Part shown: positions 1 through 9,893 of the stretch, piece by piece
How positions within the stretch are numbered: the first letter of the stretch is position 1
How the letters are laid out: every line of letters starts with the position of its first letter
Source of the DNA: Terriglobia bacterium
Lineage (GTDB): Bacteria; Acidobacteriota; Terriglobia; 20CM-2-55-15
DNA: 64,000 bases
Direction of reading: 5' to 3'
NCBI GenBank assembly: GCA_965198225.1
Contig: CBDAOY010000009.1
Span: forward strand, 896,001 to 960,000
Notes under the pieces: model-generated
Databases searched by the model: none
Told to the model about the DNA's origin: nothing
What the model saw: only the letters and a program-made list of their open reading frames with translations
Made by a program: the position numbers and the translations under genes

Positions 1-1901
1 ACGTCACCGAGCTTGCCCGTCAGCGTCAACTTGCCGCTGCCCTCCATCAGAGTGGCTTCGGTGGCGAGTATCTCGCCGCCGACTTCGGTCCACGCAAGGC
101 CGGTCACGAGACCGATCTCGTTCTTCTCCTCGGGGCGGTCGGGTCGATACTTCGGAATGCCAAGGTAGTCGACCAGATTGTCCGGCGAGATCTGGGTCTG
201 ATACTTCTTGCCTTCCCGGACGACGGCCCGGGACACCTTGCGGCAGACAGACGAGATCTCCCGTTCCAGATTCCGCACACCCGCCTCGCGCGTGTAGCGG
301 CGGATGATCGTTGGCACGGTCTCCTCGTCGAACTGCAACTGCTTATGGGTGATGCCCGTCGTTTCCACCTGTTTCGGGATCAGGAATCGCGTGGCGATTT
401 CCCGCTTTTCCTGCTCCGTGTAGCCGGGGAGCCGCAGTATCTCCATGCGGTCCTGCAGCGGCTGAGGGATCGTGTGGAGCACGTTTGCCGTGGCGATGAA
501 CATGACCTGTGACAGGTCGTAGTCCACGTCCAGGTAGTGATCGTTGAACGTGGAGTTCTGTTCGGGGTCGAGGACTTCAAGCAGAGCCGCTGCCGGGTCG
601 CCGCGGAAGTCCATGCTCATCTTGTCGACCTCGTCGAGCAGGAACACCGGGTTCATCGTTCCGGCCTTCTTGATCATCTGGATGATCTGTCCGGGCAGGG
701 CGCCGATGTAAGTGCGGCGGTGACCACGAATCTCGGCTTCGTCGCGGATGCCGCCCAGGGCCAGACGGACGAACTTACGTCCCGTGGCTCGCGCGATCGA
801 CATGCCAAGCGACGTCTTGCCGACTCCCGGCGGTCCGGCGAAGCAGAGGATCGATCCCTTCGGTTTCTTGACGAGCTGGCGGACGGCCAGGAACTCGAGG
901 ATGCGGTCCTTGACCTTGTTCAAACCGTAGTGGTCTTCGTTCAAGATCCGCTCGGCTGCCTCGATGTTGCGGATCTCACGTGTGCGTTTCTTCCACGGGA
1001 CGGCGATCAGCCAGTCTACGTAGTTGCGCGAGACCGTCGATTCGGCCGACATCTGGGGCATCATTTCGAGCCGGCGCATTTCCTGCATTGCCTTTTCGTA
1101 CGCATCCTTGGACATGCCGACTTCTTCGATTTTGGCTCGAAGCTCTTCCAGATCGGATTTCTCGTCCTTCTTCCCGAGCTCACGCTGAATCGCCTTGATC
1201 TTCTCGTTCAGGTAGTACTCTTTCTGGGCGCGCTCCATCTGCCGCTTCACACGACTCTGAATGGAACGGTCGACTTGCAGCTTTTCGATTTCAATGTCCA
1301 GCAGGTCGGCTAGCCGCTTGCAGCGCTCGACCGGATTGAAGATTTCAATCAGCTCCTGCTTTTCTTCGATCGAAAGCGTCAGGTGCGAGCAGACCGTGTC
1401 CGCCAGCCGCCCGATATCGTCCATCCGGATCGCCGACAGGACCTGCTCGTAGTTCACGTTCTGGCTCAGCTTGACGTATTGCTCGAAGAGCTGGCTGACG
1501 CGGGAAATAAGGGTGTCGTATCCGGTGAACGATTGGCTGCGGAAGGGCGAGAGTCGGAGGTTGGCCGTCAGGTGGCCGTCGTCCTCCGACATCTGCAGGA
1601 TCCGAGCCCGCTCGATGCCTTCGACCAGGACCTTCGTGTTCCCGTCCGGCAGCTTCAGCGCCTGGACGAGATTCGCAATCGTTCCGATCTGATAGATTTC
1701 GTTCGGTTTGGGGCTATCGACGGATGCGTCGTACTGAGTGGCTAAAAAGATTCGTTTGTCGCCCTCGAGTGCTGATTCAAGCGCCCGCACTGAGGACTTA
1801 CGGCCGATCACGAAGGGCACCAGCATATAAGGGAAGATGACTACGTCCCTGATGGGCACCATCGGTAGCGTGACTTGTTCGTATTTGTCCTTCGTACTCA
1901 T
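1..1901 (-). CDS. lon: ATP-dependent Lon protease (runs off the left edge; missing from the ORF track)
   Basis: Manual minus-strand translation from ATG at 1901 gives [27 protein letters not shown]..., then Walker [26 protein letters not shown] and [14 protein letters not shown]; lies downstream of clpX. Confidence 0.97.
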   Translation of the reverse strand, partial: MSTKDKYEQVTLPMVPIRDVVIFPYMLVPFVIGRKSSVRALESALEGDKRIFLATQYDASVDSPKPNEIYQIGTIANLVQALKLPDGNTKVLVEGIERARILQMSEDDGHLTANLRLSPFRSQSFTGYDTLISRVSQLFEQYVKLSQNVNYEQVLSAIRMDDIGRLADTVCSHLTLSIEEKQELIEIFNPVERCKRLADLLDIEIEKLQVDRSIQSRVKRQMERAQKEYYLNEKIKAIQRELGKKDEKSDLEELRAKIEEVGMSKDAYEKAMQEMRRLEMMPQMSAESTVSRNYVDWLIAVPWKKRTREIRNIEAAERILNEDHYGLNKVKDRILEFLAVRQLVKKPKGSILCFAGPPGVGKTSLGMSIARATGRKFVRLALGGIRDEAEIRGHRRTYIGALPGQIIQMIKKAGTMNPVFLLDEVDKMSMDFRGDPAAALLEVLDPEQNSTFNDHYLDVDYDLSQVMFIATANVLHTIPQPLQDRMEILRLPGYTEQEKREIATRFLIPKQVETTGITHKQLQFDEETVPTIIRRYTREAGVRNLEREISSVCRKVSRAVVREGKKYQTQISPDNLVDYLGIPKYRPDRPEEKNEIGLVTGLAWTEVGGEILATEATLMEGSGKLTLTGKLGD

Positions 1902-1970
1902 AAGTTCACTTCCGCGTTCAGGACTGTCCAGGGACCCTGAGAGCCGACGGGGAGCATGTCCACGGTTCCC

Positions 1971-3218
1971 CTATCCGGCCTTCTCGTACGGCAACTGTAC
2001 TTCCTTCTTTTCGACCATTTGTTTCGTGATCGTTAGCTCAGATTGGCTTTTTTGTCCCGGAAGGGTGTACATCACGTCGAGCATCAGCTCTTCCATAATT
2101 ATTCGCAGCCCTCGAGCGCCGACATTCCGCTTGATCGATTGCTCTGCGATCCCCTCTATGGCCCCGTCGGCGAACTTCAGCTTGACGTTTTCGTACTCGA
2201 AAAGGCGCTGGAACTGTTTGACCAGCGCATTCTTGGGGGTGGTCAGGATTTCGACCAGAGCGGAGCGATCCAGTTCATGCAGGGTCGCCACTACCGGCAC
2301 GCGGCCGACGAACTCGGGAATCATTCCGTACTTGATCAGATCTTCGGGCTCGACAGCTTCTATGAGTAGCGATTTTTCTTCAGACTTGGCCTTTAGCTCC
2401 CCCTGGAAGCCCATCGTGCTCCTCTTGGCCAGCCTTTTCTCAACGATATTTTCCAGCCCGACGAACGCACCGCCGCAGATGAACAGGATGTTGGTCGTGT
2501 CGACCTGGGTGAATTCCTGGTGGGGGTGCTTCCGGCCGCCCTGGGGCGGTACATTGGCGACGGTACCCTCGAGCATCTTGAGGAGAGCCTGCTGGACGCC
2601 CTCTCCCGAGACATCGCGGGTAATCGAGGGGTTCTCGTCCTTGCGTCCAATCTTATCGATTTCGTCGATGTAGATGATGCCGGTCTGAGAGCGTTCGACA
2701 TCTCCGCCGGCGCTCTGCACCAGACGAAGGATGATGTTCTCGACATCCTCGCCGACGTAACCCGCTTCGGTGAGGGTCGTGGCGTCGACGATAGCAAACG
2801 GCACGCTCAGCAGCCGGGCCAGCGTCTGAGCCAGCAATGTCTTGCCGGTCCCGGTCGGTCCGATCAACAGAATGTTGGATTTCTGGAGTTCGACTTCGGA
2901 TTTCTTGCGTGCGAGTTCGATCCTCTTGTAGTGGTTGTAGACCGCGACTGCCAGCTTCTTCTTCGTCTTCTGTTGCCCGATGACGTACCCATCCAGAAAT
3001 TCTTTGATCTCGGGAGGCTTGGGAAGGTGGACGTTGTGCGGTGTCGGTTCGAAGCTCTGATCTTCGTCAATAATGTCCTGGCAGACGGCGACGCACTCGT
3101 CGCAGATGAAGACGGTCGGTCCGGCGATCAGTTTCCTGACGTCATTCTGGCTCTTGTTGCAAAAGGAGCATCGAAGCACATCACCGTTGTTTTTCTTCAA
3201 ACCGCTTTCCTCCACCAA
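1971..3218 (-). CDS. clpX: ATP-dependent Clp protease ATP-binding subunit ClpX
   Basis: N-terminal CSFC...CDEC zinc finger, [29 protein letters not shown]. Confidence 0.98.
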   Translation of the reverse strand: MVEESGLKKNNGDVLRCSFCNKSQNDVRKLIAGPTVFICDECVAVCQDIIDEDQSFEPTPHNVHLPKPPEIKEFLDGYVIGQQKTKKKLAVAVYNHYKRIELARKKSEVELQKSNILLIGPTGTGKTLLAQTLARLLSVPFAIVDATTLTEAGYVGEDVENIILRLVQSAGGDVERSQTGIIYIDEIDKIGRKDENPSITRDVSGEGVQQALLKMLEGTVANVPPQGGRKHPHQEFTQVDTTNILFICGGAFVGLENIVEKRLAKRSTMGFQGELKAKSEEKSLLIEAVEPEDLIKYGMIPEFVGRVPVVATLHELDRSALVEILTTPKNALVKQFQRLFEYENVKLKFADGAIEGIAEQSIKRNVGARGLRIIMEELMLDVMYTLPGQKSQSELTITKQMVEKKEVQLPYEKAG

Positions 3219-3280
3219 GCCGAGATCCGACCTAGAGACCTGGGATCGCTTAAGTGCAGCTAATTCAGTGAATTGGGGCG

Positions 3281-3892
3281 CTATTGACGTTGTGAAATGA
3301 CGTCGTCAATTATACCATAGACCTTACACTGGTCCGCGCTCATGATGTAGTCGCGCTCCACGTCCTTTTCGATACGTTCCAGTGGCTGACCTGTGTGTTT
3401 AGCCAGGATATCGTTGAGGATGCTCCGCATCCTCAAGATCTCCTTGGCGTGAATTTCGATGTCGCTCGCCTGGCCCTGCAGACCCCCCAGCCACGGTTGG
3501 TGGATCATGATGCGCGAGTTCGGCAGAGCGAACCGTTTGTCGGCCGCGCCCGCGGCCAGCAGCACCGCCCCCATGCTGGCGGCCTGACCGACGCAGATCG
3601 TCGAGACGTCCGGGCGGATGAACTGGATCGTGTCGTAGATCGCCAGCCCGGCCGTGATCGAGCCGCCCGGAGAGTTGACGTAAAGGGATATATCCCGTTC
3701 GGGATCTTCCGCCTCCAGGAACAGCAACTGTGCCGTGACCACGTTGGAGACGTTGTCGTCGATCGGTGTGCCTATAAAGATGATGCTGTCGCGCAGCAGC
3801 CGCGAATAGATGTCGTAGGCTCGCTCTCCCCGGTTCGTCTGCTCCACCACCATCGGGATGAGCGTGTTCTTTTCTTCAAAGTTGTTGGGCAT
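3281..3892 (-). CDS. clpP: ATP-dependent Clp protease proteolytic subunit
   Basis: [29 protein letters not shown] (Ser), RIMIHQP (His). Confidence 0.98.
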   Translation of the reverse strand: MPNNFEEKNTLIPMVVEQTNRGERAYDIYSRLLRDSIIFIGTPIDDNVSNVVTAQLLFLEAEDPERDISLYVNSPGGSITAGLAIYDTIQFIRPDVSTICVGQAASMGAVLLAAGAADKRFALPNSRIMIHQPWLGGLQGQASDIEIHAKEILRMRSILNDILAKHTGQPLERIEKDVERDYIMSADQCKVYGIIDDVISQRQ

Positions 3893-4034
3893 TTACTCGT
3901 CCACTGAAATAGTCGCCTTGGGCCTCAATTGATACTTATCGGTATATCCTGTTGCAAACTGTCGCCAAAAACAGCATACCTCATCGGCGAGAAAATCAAG
4001 ATAGGATTGGAGATGGCTCTTCCGCGCAGGTCTT

Positions 4035-5366
4035 CTATGACGGTTGTTCCTCCGATGCCTCCGTTTCGGACAGGCTTCCCGCAGGGACGAAGTTCGCCAG
4101 CTCCTGGACCATCCCAAGCACCTTCCTGTTGCGAATCTGGCCCTTGATACGATCCAACCCGTCGTTCTTGGTCAGGATCTCCCGGACATTTTCCTTGGGT
4201 CGGCCCATCTGTCCAGCGATCGCTTCGATCTCTCGTTCGATTTCTTCGTCCTCGACCTCGATCTTCTCGCGTTCGGCCAGATGTTCGAGAATCAGTGAAC
4301 CCCGCACGTCCCGGACCGCCTGTTCGTACTGATCGGCCCGTATCCTGCCCCAGTCCACGTCCAGACCCTGAGGGTTGACACCCTGCTGGGACAGCTCGCG
4401 CATCATGCGTTGGAGTCGTGTCTGAAGCTGTTGCTCGACCAGCGAATCCGGGACTTCGAACTCGTTGTTGTCTTCCAGCCACCCGAGGATCGCCTCGTGA
4501 GTCTGCTCGTCCGCATGGTGCCGGCGGTGCTGTTCCAGGTTCTCACGCACGTTGGCCTTCAGGTCGTCGAGCTTGTCGAAGTCGCCCAGGCTCTGAGCGA
4601 AATCGTCGTCGAGCTCGGGACGGTGCTTTTCCTTAATGGAGTCGACCTCTACCGTGAAGTGGGCGTTCTTCCCTGCGAGGTTCTTGTCCGGGTGGTCGTC
4701 CTTGTATACGACGTCGAACGTCGCTTCCTCCCCGGCCTTTAGTCCGGTGAGGTTTTTGGTGAACTCGCGCAGAGTCGTCTCGCCTCCGATCTCACAGAGT
4801 GCCTTCTCTGCGGAGAGGTCCGGGGCGTCGTCGCCGGCATCTTCGATGGAGCCCGTGAAAGAAATCTCGACGAAATCCCCATCCTTGATCTCGCGGTCTT
4901 CCTCGACGGGCGTCATCTCCGCATGCTCCTCGAGCATCCGCTCCAACGCCTGATCGATTTCGGCGTCCGAGACTTCGGTCGGGATCTCTTCGACAGGAAT
5001 CCCCGTGTGGTTCGTGACGTCGAGCCGAGGGTAGACCTCGAAAACGGCCTTGAAGCTCAAGGCTTCGCCGTTGTCGTAGTCGACATCCTCATAGCTGGGT
5101 GCGTGGACGACATCCAGGTCCTGCTCCCTTGCGGCGTCGGAGAAGTACTTTGGCAACAGGCTCTGGAAGACTTCGGAGAGAATGTCGTCCCGGTAGCGGT
5201 TTTTCACGACGCCGAGCGGCGCCTTGCCCGGTCGGAAGCCCGGTACCCGGGCGCGGCGTCGGAACTGCCGCGCGACCGATGTCACTTCTCCGTCGACGAC
5301 TTCCGGAGGGATCTCGATGTCGAGGCTTTTCTTTACAGTGCTGATGTCGGTCAGTTCTGCCTTCAT
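4035..5366 (-). CDS. tig: Trigger factor
   Basis: PGFRPGKAP ribosome-binding signature, FKBP-like middle domain, tig-clpP-clpX-lon synteny. Confidence 0.96.
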   Translation of the reverse strand: MKAELTDISTVKKSLDIEIPPEVVDGEVTSVARQFRRRARVPGFRPGKAPLGVVKNRYRDDILSEVFQSLLPKYFSDAAREQDLDVVHAPSYEDVDYDNGEALSFKAVFEVYPRLDVTNHTGIPVEEIPTEVSDAEIDQALERMLEEHAEMTPVEEDREIKDGDFVEISFTGSIEDAGDDAPDLSAEKALCEIGGETTLREFTKNLTGLKAGEEATFDVVYKDDHPDKNLAGKNAHFTVEVDSIKEKHRPELDDDFAQSLGDFDKLDDLKANVRENLEQHRRHHADEQTHEAILGWLEDNNEFEVPDSLVEQQLQTRLQRMMRELSQQGVNPQGLDVDWGRIRADQYEQAVRDVRGSLILEHLAEREKIEVEDEEIEREIEAIAGQMGRPKENVREILTKNDGLDRIKGQIRNRKVLGMVQELANFVPAGSLSETEASEEQPS

Positions 5367-5512
5367 ACGGGGCGATCGTGGTCAGTGGTCCGTTGCAAGT
5401 GGTCGTAGCGGGTCACGGCCAACCCGCGCCCAGCCCTTCGGCATTGGGGCAACCCCTCACCGCTGTGAACCGATAGCTGAGGGGAATTCGGTCTCCGTCC
5501 CCGATTCCCCCA

Positions 5513-5594
5513 TGCGAAAGGAGGGACTCGAACCCTCATGGGTTGCCCCACTGGATCCTAAGTCCAGCGCGTCTGCCAATTCCGCCACTTTCGC
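5513..5594 (-). tRNA. tRNA-Leu(TAG), CCA not encoded
   Basis: Reverse complement GCGAAAGTGGCGGAATTGGCAGACGCGCTGGACTTAGGATCCAGTGGGGCAACCCATGAGGGTTCGAGTCCCTCCTTTCGCA: anticodon stem CTGGA/TCCAG, loop CTTAGGA, long variable arm, GTTCGA T-loop. Confidence 0.96.
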
Positions 5595-5599
5595 GTGTC

Positions 5600-5670
5600 T
5601 TCCAAATCAGTGACTTGCCGAATCCTATCACTTTCACTTCTTTCGTCGATGGGGGATCTTGTGGGGGACT
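5600..5670. promoter_or_regulatory. Putative att-site accessory motifs (IHF-like box and arm-type direct repeats)
   Basis: AAATCAGTGACTTG at 5604-5617 resembles the IHF consensus WATCAANNNNTTR; TGGGGGA repeated at 5650 and 5662; lies between the integrase relic and the tRNA 5' end. Confidence 0.45.
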
Positions 5671-5905
5671 CGACTCCCAATGTTTGGAAGTTTTTCGATG
5701 GCCCGTCGCTAGTAACCTGTTACAGGCCACCAGTAGTCCATCGAGAGACGAGTATACCGTATCGTCATCTCCGGGTCCTCATGTCCCATCAGCCCCATCA
5801 CGGCCTTCTGGTTCACATCGGCCATCCCAGGTACGATACGAAGCGGGGCCGCAGACGACGAAAGCGGAAATAGTTCAAGCCGGCGCGATCGACGGCGTTT
5901 GCGGA
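5634..5905 (-). pseudogene. Tyrosine recombinase/integrase C-terminal remnant
   Basis: Manual translation: ANAVDRAGLNYFRFRRLRPRFVSYL (decayed FRFHDLRHTFASYL box), frameshift, then MADVNQKAVMGLMGHEDPEMTIRYTRLS (LMGH...T.RY catalytic box) and RRAIEKLP. Confidence 0.8.
5712..5730. mobile_element. 19-bp collapsed IS630-end relic
   Basis: CTA-GTAACCTGTTACAGGCCAC-CAG matches the fused ends of the IS630 at 51526-52649. Confidence 0.7.
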
Positions 5906-6078
5906 TGTGGTTCTCCGCGGTTACGCCTTTTTAACCCGTGACAACATGCATCAAAGAAAGGCACCATACCGCCGACCCCATGGTCGGCCTGTTCTTCGTC
6001 CCGGGCCCACCCTGCGATGGCCAGGGTTTGAACTGCCACGGTGAGTGAGAGGATCGGGCCACGTAGAGGGTGCGCAGC

Positions 6079-7364
6079 ATGGATGAAGTCACAGTCGGGA
6101 ACGTCGTCATTTCCTGCGACAATCATCGTCTGACCTTCAAGAGCCGAGAGGACCCGCGCCGGCAAGTCACGATCTCCGCGGCCTCCCTGCCCGACGTCCT
6201 CTACTTTCTTCAGAGTGTCAACCCCAGTGGGAGCGACCAGCGTGTGGCTTTTCGCGTACCGCTTGACCGCAAGAGCGCCCTCAGAACCACCCTTGGGGTC
6301 GGCAGTTTACGGTTGCCGGTTTGGGCTGTGGACATCAGCCTGTCGGGGATGCTGGTGGAAATGCCGACCAGTCTCCACGAATTGACGATCGGGTCTTCGG
6401 TGGAAATCACTCTCGAACTCGATATGAAGTCTGCGACGCTCGGCAACGAGGGAAGTTCCGGCCGTTGGGCATTCCGTGTCTCCGGGATCGGGTGGTGCAG
6501 ACGGCGGCGATGCTCTGGACGCTTTCCCGGCTCGGACGTGTGCCTATGTAGGCGGCACCCGTGTCCGGCCGGTAGTTGCAACCAATCCGGTAGCCGAGGA
6601 ACGTCATCGATTCCTCCGGCACCCGGCAGCAGCGGGTCTTCTCAACGTTCATCGCCAACTTCAGACGTTTCATCAGGGCTTCGACCGCCGCTAGCATTAC
6701 CGCTGCCGGCGCGCGACCGATCTCGCCGCTGTTCAGCAACATCTACATGCGGCGCTTCATTCTGGGCTGGAAGGTGCTGGGCTACGCCCGGCACTTCAAG
6801 GCGGAAATCGTCAACTACGCGGCCGAACCGCATGCGGCCGATAGGTCCCTTCCTTCAGGTCCCGCGCCAGTGCTCCCAGCCACCGGTCTACCCCAAGCGC
6901 CTCGATGTCTCCGACCGTCTCGCCGTCCACCCCGGCCGCGCCGCCGTTGCGGCGCACGGCCTGCCAGGCGACTGCGAGCACGTCGTCGCGCCACACCTTG
7001 TCGCTCAGAGAGTAGAACCGGAAGCCCAGAGCTTCCTTCGCTTTCGCATGTAGCGCCGTCTGGAGTCGCTGAACTCTCTCCGAGGCTGTTAGGCTCTCGC
7101 CAGTCCTCATGTCCCTTCCTCCGTCATGCGCTGCTCTGCGTGCCGGTCAATCGCCTCGTAGGCCGGGCTGACCTGTCCCAGGGTGAAGTAGTTCGCCCAA
7201 CCGGTCAGCAACCGGTTGAGGCGTCCCACTACGACCTCCGGCGGCAGGAGCGCGGGATCATATTTGCGGACTGCCAGATGGAAGGGGATCTCGACCCGCC
7301 AGGCTCGCTCATGGTCATCTTCAGGGCGCTTGAAAGGACATGGCTCGCCAGGAAAGTAGAGTAA
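6079..7364 (+). pseudogene. PilZ-domain protein gene interrupted by intron RT fragments
   Basis: 5' part (6079-~6443) has QRVAFR (RxxxR) and DISLSG (DxSxxG); a plausible 3' part GIIFADCQMEGDLDPPGSLMVIFRALERTWLARKVE* resumes at ~7254-7364. Confidence 0.7.
6449..7253. mobile_element. Scrambled group II intron reverse transcriptase/maturase remnant (five fragments, both strands)
   Basis: GKFRPLGIPCLRDRVVQ (+), MNVEKTR...TFLGY (-), ISPLFSNIYM...IVNYA (+), RLQTALHAKAK...GAAGVDG...TYRPHAVR (-), LNRLLTGWANYF (-). Confidence 0.88.
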
Positions 7365-7420
7365 GGAGATAGGAACACGCGCGCCTTTCTTTTCTGAGCC
7401 GGGAGTATCGCCGATTCAGG

Positions 7421-8560
7421 ATGCCCAAGACCGGAGAACAACCCACTCGGAGTTACCGCGCCCGGGTTCTCATACTTGGCGCGGGTGTCGCGATTGTCCT
7501 CTCGATTCTTCCCGATGTCGCAGGGTCGACGCCCGCCGAGGCGCGGTCCCAGGACGCCCCCGATCGCTCACACTTGCGGGTCGTCACAGCGGGAAGCGCG
7601 CCCTTTGTCATGGCGAACGGCGCCGGTGGGGCTGAGGGTCTGAGCCTCGACGTGTGGTCTGCGATCGCAGAAGACCTCGCCCTCGAATACGAGATGGTCC
7701 CGGCGGAGGGCATCTCGGAAGCGATCGACATGGTCGCCGAGGGGCGTGCGGATGTGGTCGTGGGCCCTGTCAGCATCACCGCCGATCGCTCCGTCCAGGT
7801 CGAGTTCACCCAGCCCTACTTTAACGCGACTCTAGCTATACTGGCTCCGGCCTCCAGAAGCCTGCTCGACGGCATTGCGCCCTTCCTGTCGAGGGCCTTC
7901 CTTACGGGCATCTTTTTCCTGCTCGGGATACTTCTCGTCGTCGGAGTTCTGCTGTGGATGGCAGAACGGAGGGCGAACGCCGAACACTTTCCGGATCGTC
8001 CACTGGCGGGAATCGGGAACGGTATCTGGGCCGCCCTGGTAACGCTGACGACCGTGGGCTACGGAGACGTCGTTCCCCGCTCGCTCGCGGGACGAGTCGT
8101 CGCCGGCGCCTGGATGCTCATGTCCGTGGTCGTGGCATCGTCGTTTACCGCGTTTATCGCCACGGCCCTGACGCTTTCCCAGATCGACACGGGATCGATA
8201 TCGACGGCCGGGGATCTCGCCGGGCGGCGTGTAGGTTCGGTTGCCGGTACGACTTCGGCCGAGTTTGCGTCCGAAAACGGAGCTCGTCTCCAGGCGGTGG
8301 CGGACATAGACGCGGCGTTTGCAGATCTTCAGGCTGAGAGAACGGAGGCGATCGTCTTCGACCGCCCGATTTTGCGATACCTGCTCGCCCGGAATCCCGG
8401 CACCGACTTTCTCATTTCGGAGCCTTCTTACCGTCCGCAGGGCTATGGGTTTGCCCTCGCTATGGACTCTGCGGTTCGTCAGGAGATAGTGGTCGCTATT
8501 CTGCGACTGCAGGAAAGCGGAGAATTGGACGCGATCGCTGAGGTTTGGCTGGGACCCTGA
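7421..8560 (+). CDS. GluR0-like ligand-gated K+ channel (PBP S1 - TM - pore - TM - S2)
   Basis: Type 2 periplasmic-binding fold (SITADR..VEFTQPY) split by two TM helices and the TTVGYGD selectivity filter. Confidence 0.85.
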   Translation: MPKTGEQPTRSYRARVLILGAGVAIVLSILPDVAGSTPAEARSQDAPDRSHLRVVTAGSAPFVMANGAGGAEGLSLDVWSAIAEDLALEYEMVPAEGISEAIDMVAEGRADVVVGPVSITADRSVQVEFTQPYFNATLAILAPASRSLLDGIAPFLSRAFLTGIFFLLGILLVVGVLLWMAERRANAEHFPDRPLAGIGNGIWAALVTLTTVGYGDVVPRSLAGRVVAGAWMLMSVVVASSFTAFIATALTLSQIDTGSISTAGDLAGRRVGSVAGTTSAEFASENGARLQAVADIDAAFADLQAERTEAIVFDRPILRYLLARNPGTDFLISEPSYRPQGYGFALAMDSAVRQEIVVAILRLQESGELDAIAEVWLGP

Positions 8561-8564
8561 AGAA

Positions 8565-8628
8565 GCTATCAGCCTTCAGCGTTCAGCTTCCGAACGAAAG
8601 CTCAAAGCTGAGTGCTGATCGCTGATGG
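8565..8628. repeat. Heptamer-based inverted repeat (TCAGC.. / ..GCTGA), possible bidirectional terminator
   Basis: gctatcagccttcagcgttcagcttc...aaagctgagtgctgatcgctgatggc between convergent genes; related tract at 9100-9202. Confidence 0.55.
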
Positions 8629-8695
8629 CACGCATGATCCCCTTGGATCACCCGGTAACTCTTTCCTACCGCCCGGCCTTTGCCACGGCCCCGAT

Positions 8696-8971
8696 CTAGT
8701 AACTCTTTCCTACCGCCCGGGAGTCAATCGGCTTGGCCTCGTTTACCTGAAGCGCACCGCCTTCCAGTTCCTGTCCATGCAGCTCTTCGATCGCTGAGCC
8801 CAGCTGCGATTCGTCTTCCAGTTGGGCGAAGCCGAAGCCCCGGGGCCGTCCGGAGTCGCGGTACGTCAGGATGTGAACCGACTCGAGGGGATATCCCCGG
8901 GATTCGATCCACTCGTGGAGATCGTCGTCAGACACCGAATAGGGAACGTTACCAATGAAGAGTTTGGGCAT
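8696..8971 (-). CDS. RRM-domain RNA-binding protein
   Basis: RNP2 KLFIGNV, RNP1 RGFGFAQ, LQVNEAKP. Confidence 0.92.
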   Translation of the reverse strand: MPKLFIGNVPYSVSDDDLHEWIESRGYPLESVHILTYRDSGRPRGFGFAQLEDESQLGSAIEELHGQELEGGALQVNEAKPIDSRAVGKSY

Positions 8972-9099
8972 GATTTCCTTTCAACTTTTAATGTCCGGAC
9001 GTGTGGGCACACGAAACCCACGTCACCCTTAGATCTAATAAGACGTAAAAGGCCGCCCGTTCCGTGCGGCCTGACTGCGATTTTTGTGGGGAATCTGGA

Positions 9100-9202
9100 A
9101 GCTGTCGGCTGTCAGCGTTCAGTTATCAGCTTCGGAATGACGACAGAATACTCTCCTGTGGCTGCGCGGCTTCCTAAGCCGAAAACTGATAGCTGAATGC
9201 CG
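9100..9202. repeat. Heptamer-based inverted repeat, same family as 8565-8628
   Basis: gctgtcggctgtcagcgttcagttatcagcttcgg...ccgaaaactgatagctgaatgccg. Confidence 0.5.
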
Positions 9203-9258
9203 CCAACACGCTTGCCGCTGAATATGGTAACAAAACACTCGAGCTCGAGGACCAAGGG

Positions 9259-9846
9259 TCAGTGGCCAAGGGCCGCCTCGATGGCTCCCGTTATCTGTCG
9301 CGACTCCGGTTCGACCGCGGAACGGAACCTTCCGATAATCTTCCCGTCGCGTCCGATAAGGAACTTTTCGAAATTCCAGTCAACCTCACCGGGGGAGGCC
9401 TCGTTCGCCGCGCTCGACGTCAGGTAGTCGTACAGTGGCACCTTGTTCGGACCCCGAACGACGATCTTGGCGAACATGTCGAATTCCACCCCGTAGTTGC
9501 GTTCGCAGAAGTCTTTGATCTCGACTGCCGAACCCGGTTCTTGCCGGCCGAAGTCATTGGAAGGGAATCCCAGCACCTTCAGTCCCCGGGCGGCGTACTT
9601 TTCGTGCAGGTTCTGAAGGCCTTCGTACTGGTAGGTGTAGCCGCACTCGCTGGCGACGTTGACGATCAGTACGACCTTACCGCGATACCGCCCCAGCTCC
9701 ACGCTCTCGCCGTCGAGACTATTCATCGTGAATTCAAAAATGCTCGCCATTTCATTCGCCGCGGCGCTCATGTTTCCCACGGCCGCTGCCGACATGGTCA
9801 GGATCAATGCCGTAGCGAACGAAAGTGTCACTCTCATCATCATCAT
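9259..9846 (-). CDS. Exported Cys-type glutathione peroxidase
   Basis: NVASECGYT, LGFPSNDFGRQEPG, WNFEKFLI; signal-peptide-like N-terminus; start at one of four tandem ATGs (9837-9846). Confidence 0.93.
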   Translation of the reverse strand: MMMMRVTLSFATALILTMSAAAVGNMSAAANEMASIFEFTMNSLDGESVELGRYRGKVVLIVNVASECGYTYQYEGLQNLHEKYAARGLKVLGFPSNDFGRQEPGSAVEIKDFCERNYGVEFDMFAKIVVRGPNKVPLYDYLTSSAANEASPGEVDWNFEKFLIGRDGKIIGRFRSAVEPESRQITGAIEAALGH

Positions 9847-9893
9847 CCCTCCAGGATTCGTGTGGGAAAGTGTCAACCCGATTGCTGCGGGAA

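Noticed and set aside
380-2673. Long plus-strand ORFs over lon/clpX, and similar antisense ORFs throughout (e.g. 42095-44362, 17042-18829)
   Set aside because: Shadow frames of well-supported genes in high-GC DNA; no motifs
5660-5682. GGGAGTCGAGTCCC resembling a tRNA T-arm fragment
   Set aside because: Only a short partial match to the tRNA 3' end, on the wrong side for a standard att duplication, and it overlaps the arm-type repeats
6070-7364. ORF-track proteins of 327 aa and 205 aa as real genes; retron or DGR interpretation of the RT
   Set aside because: They are chimeric read-throughs of fragments; the RT motifs are group II intron type, YADD is destroyed, and no msr/msd or TR/VR pair was seen
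9630-9660. Possible selenocysteine in the glutathione peroxidase
   Set aside because: The active-site codon is TGC (Cys)
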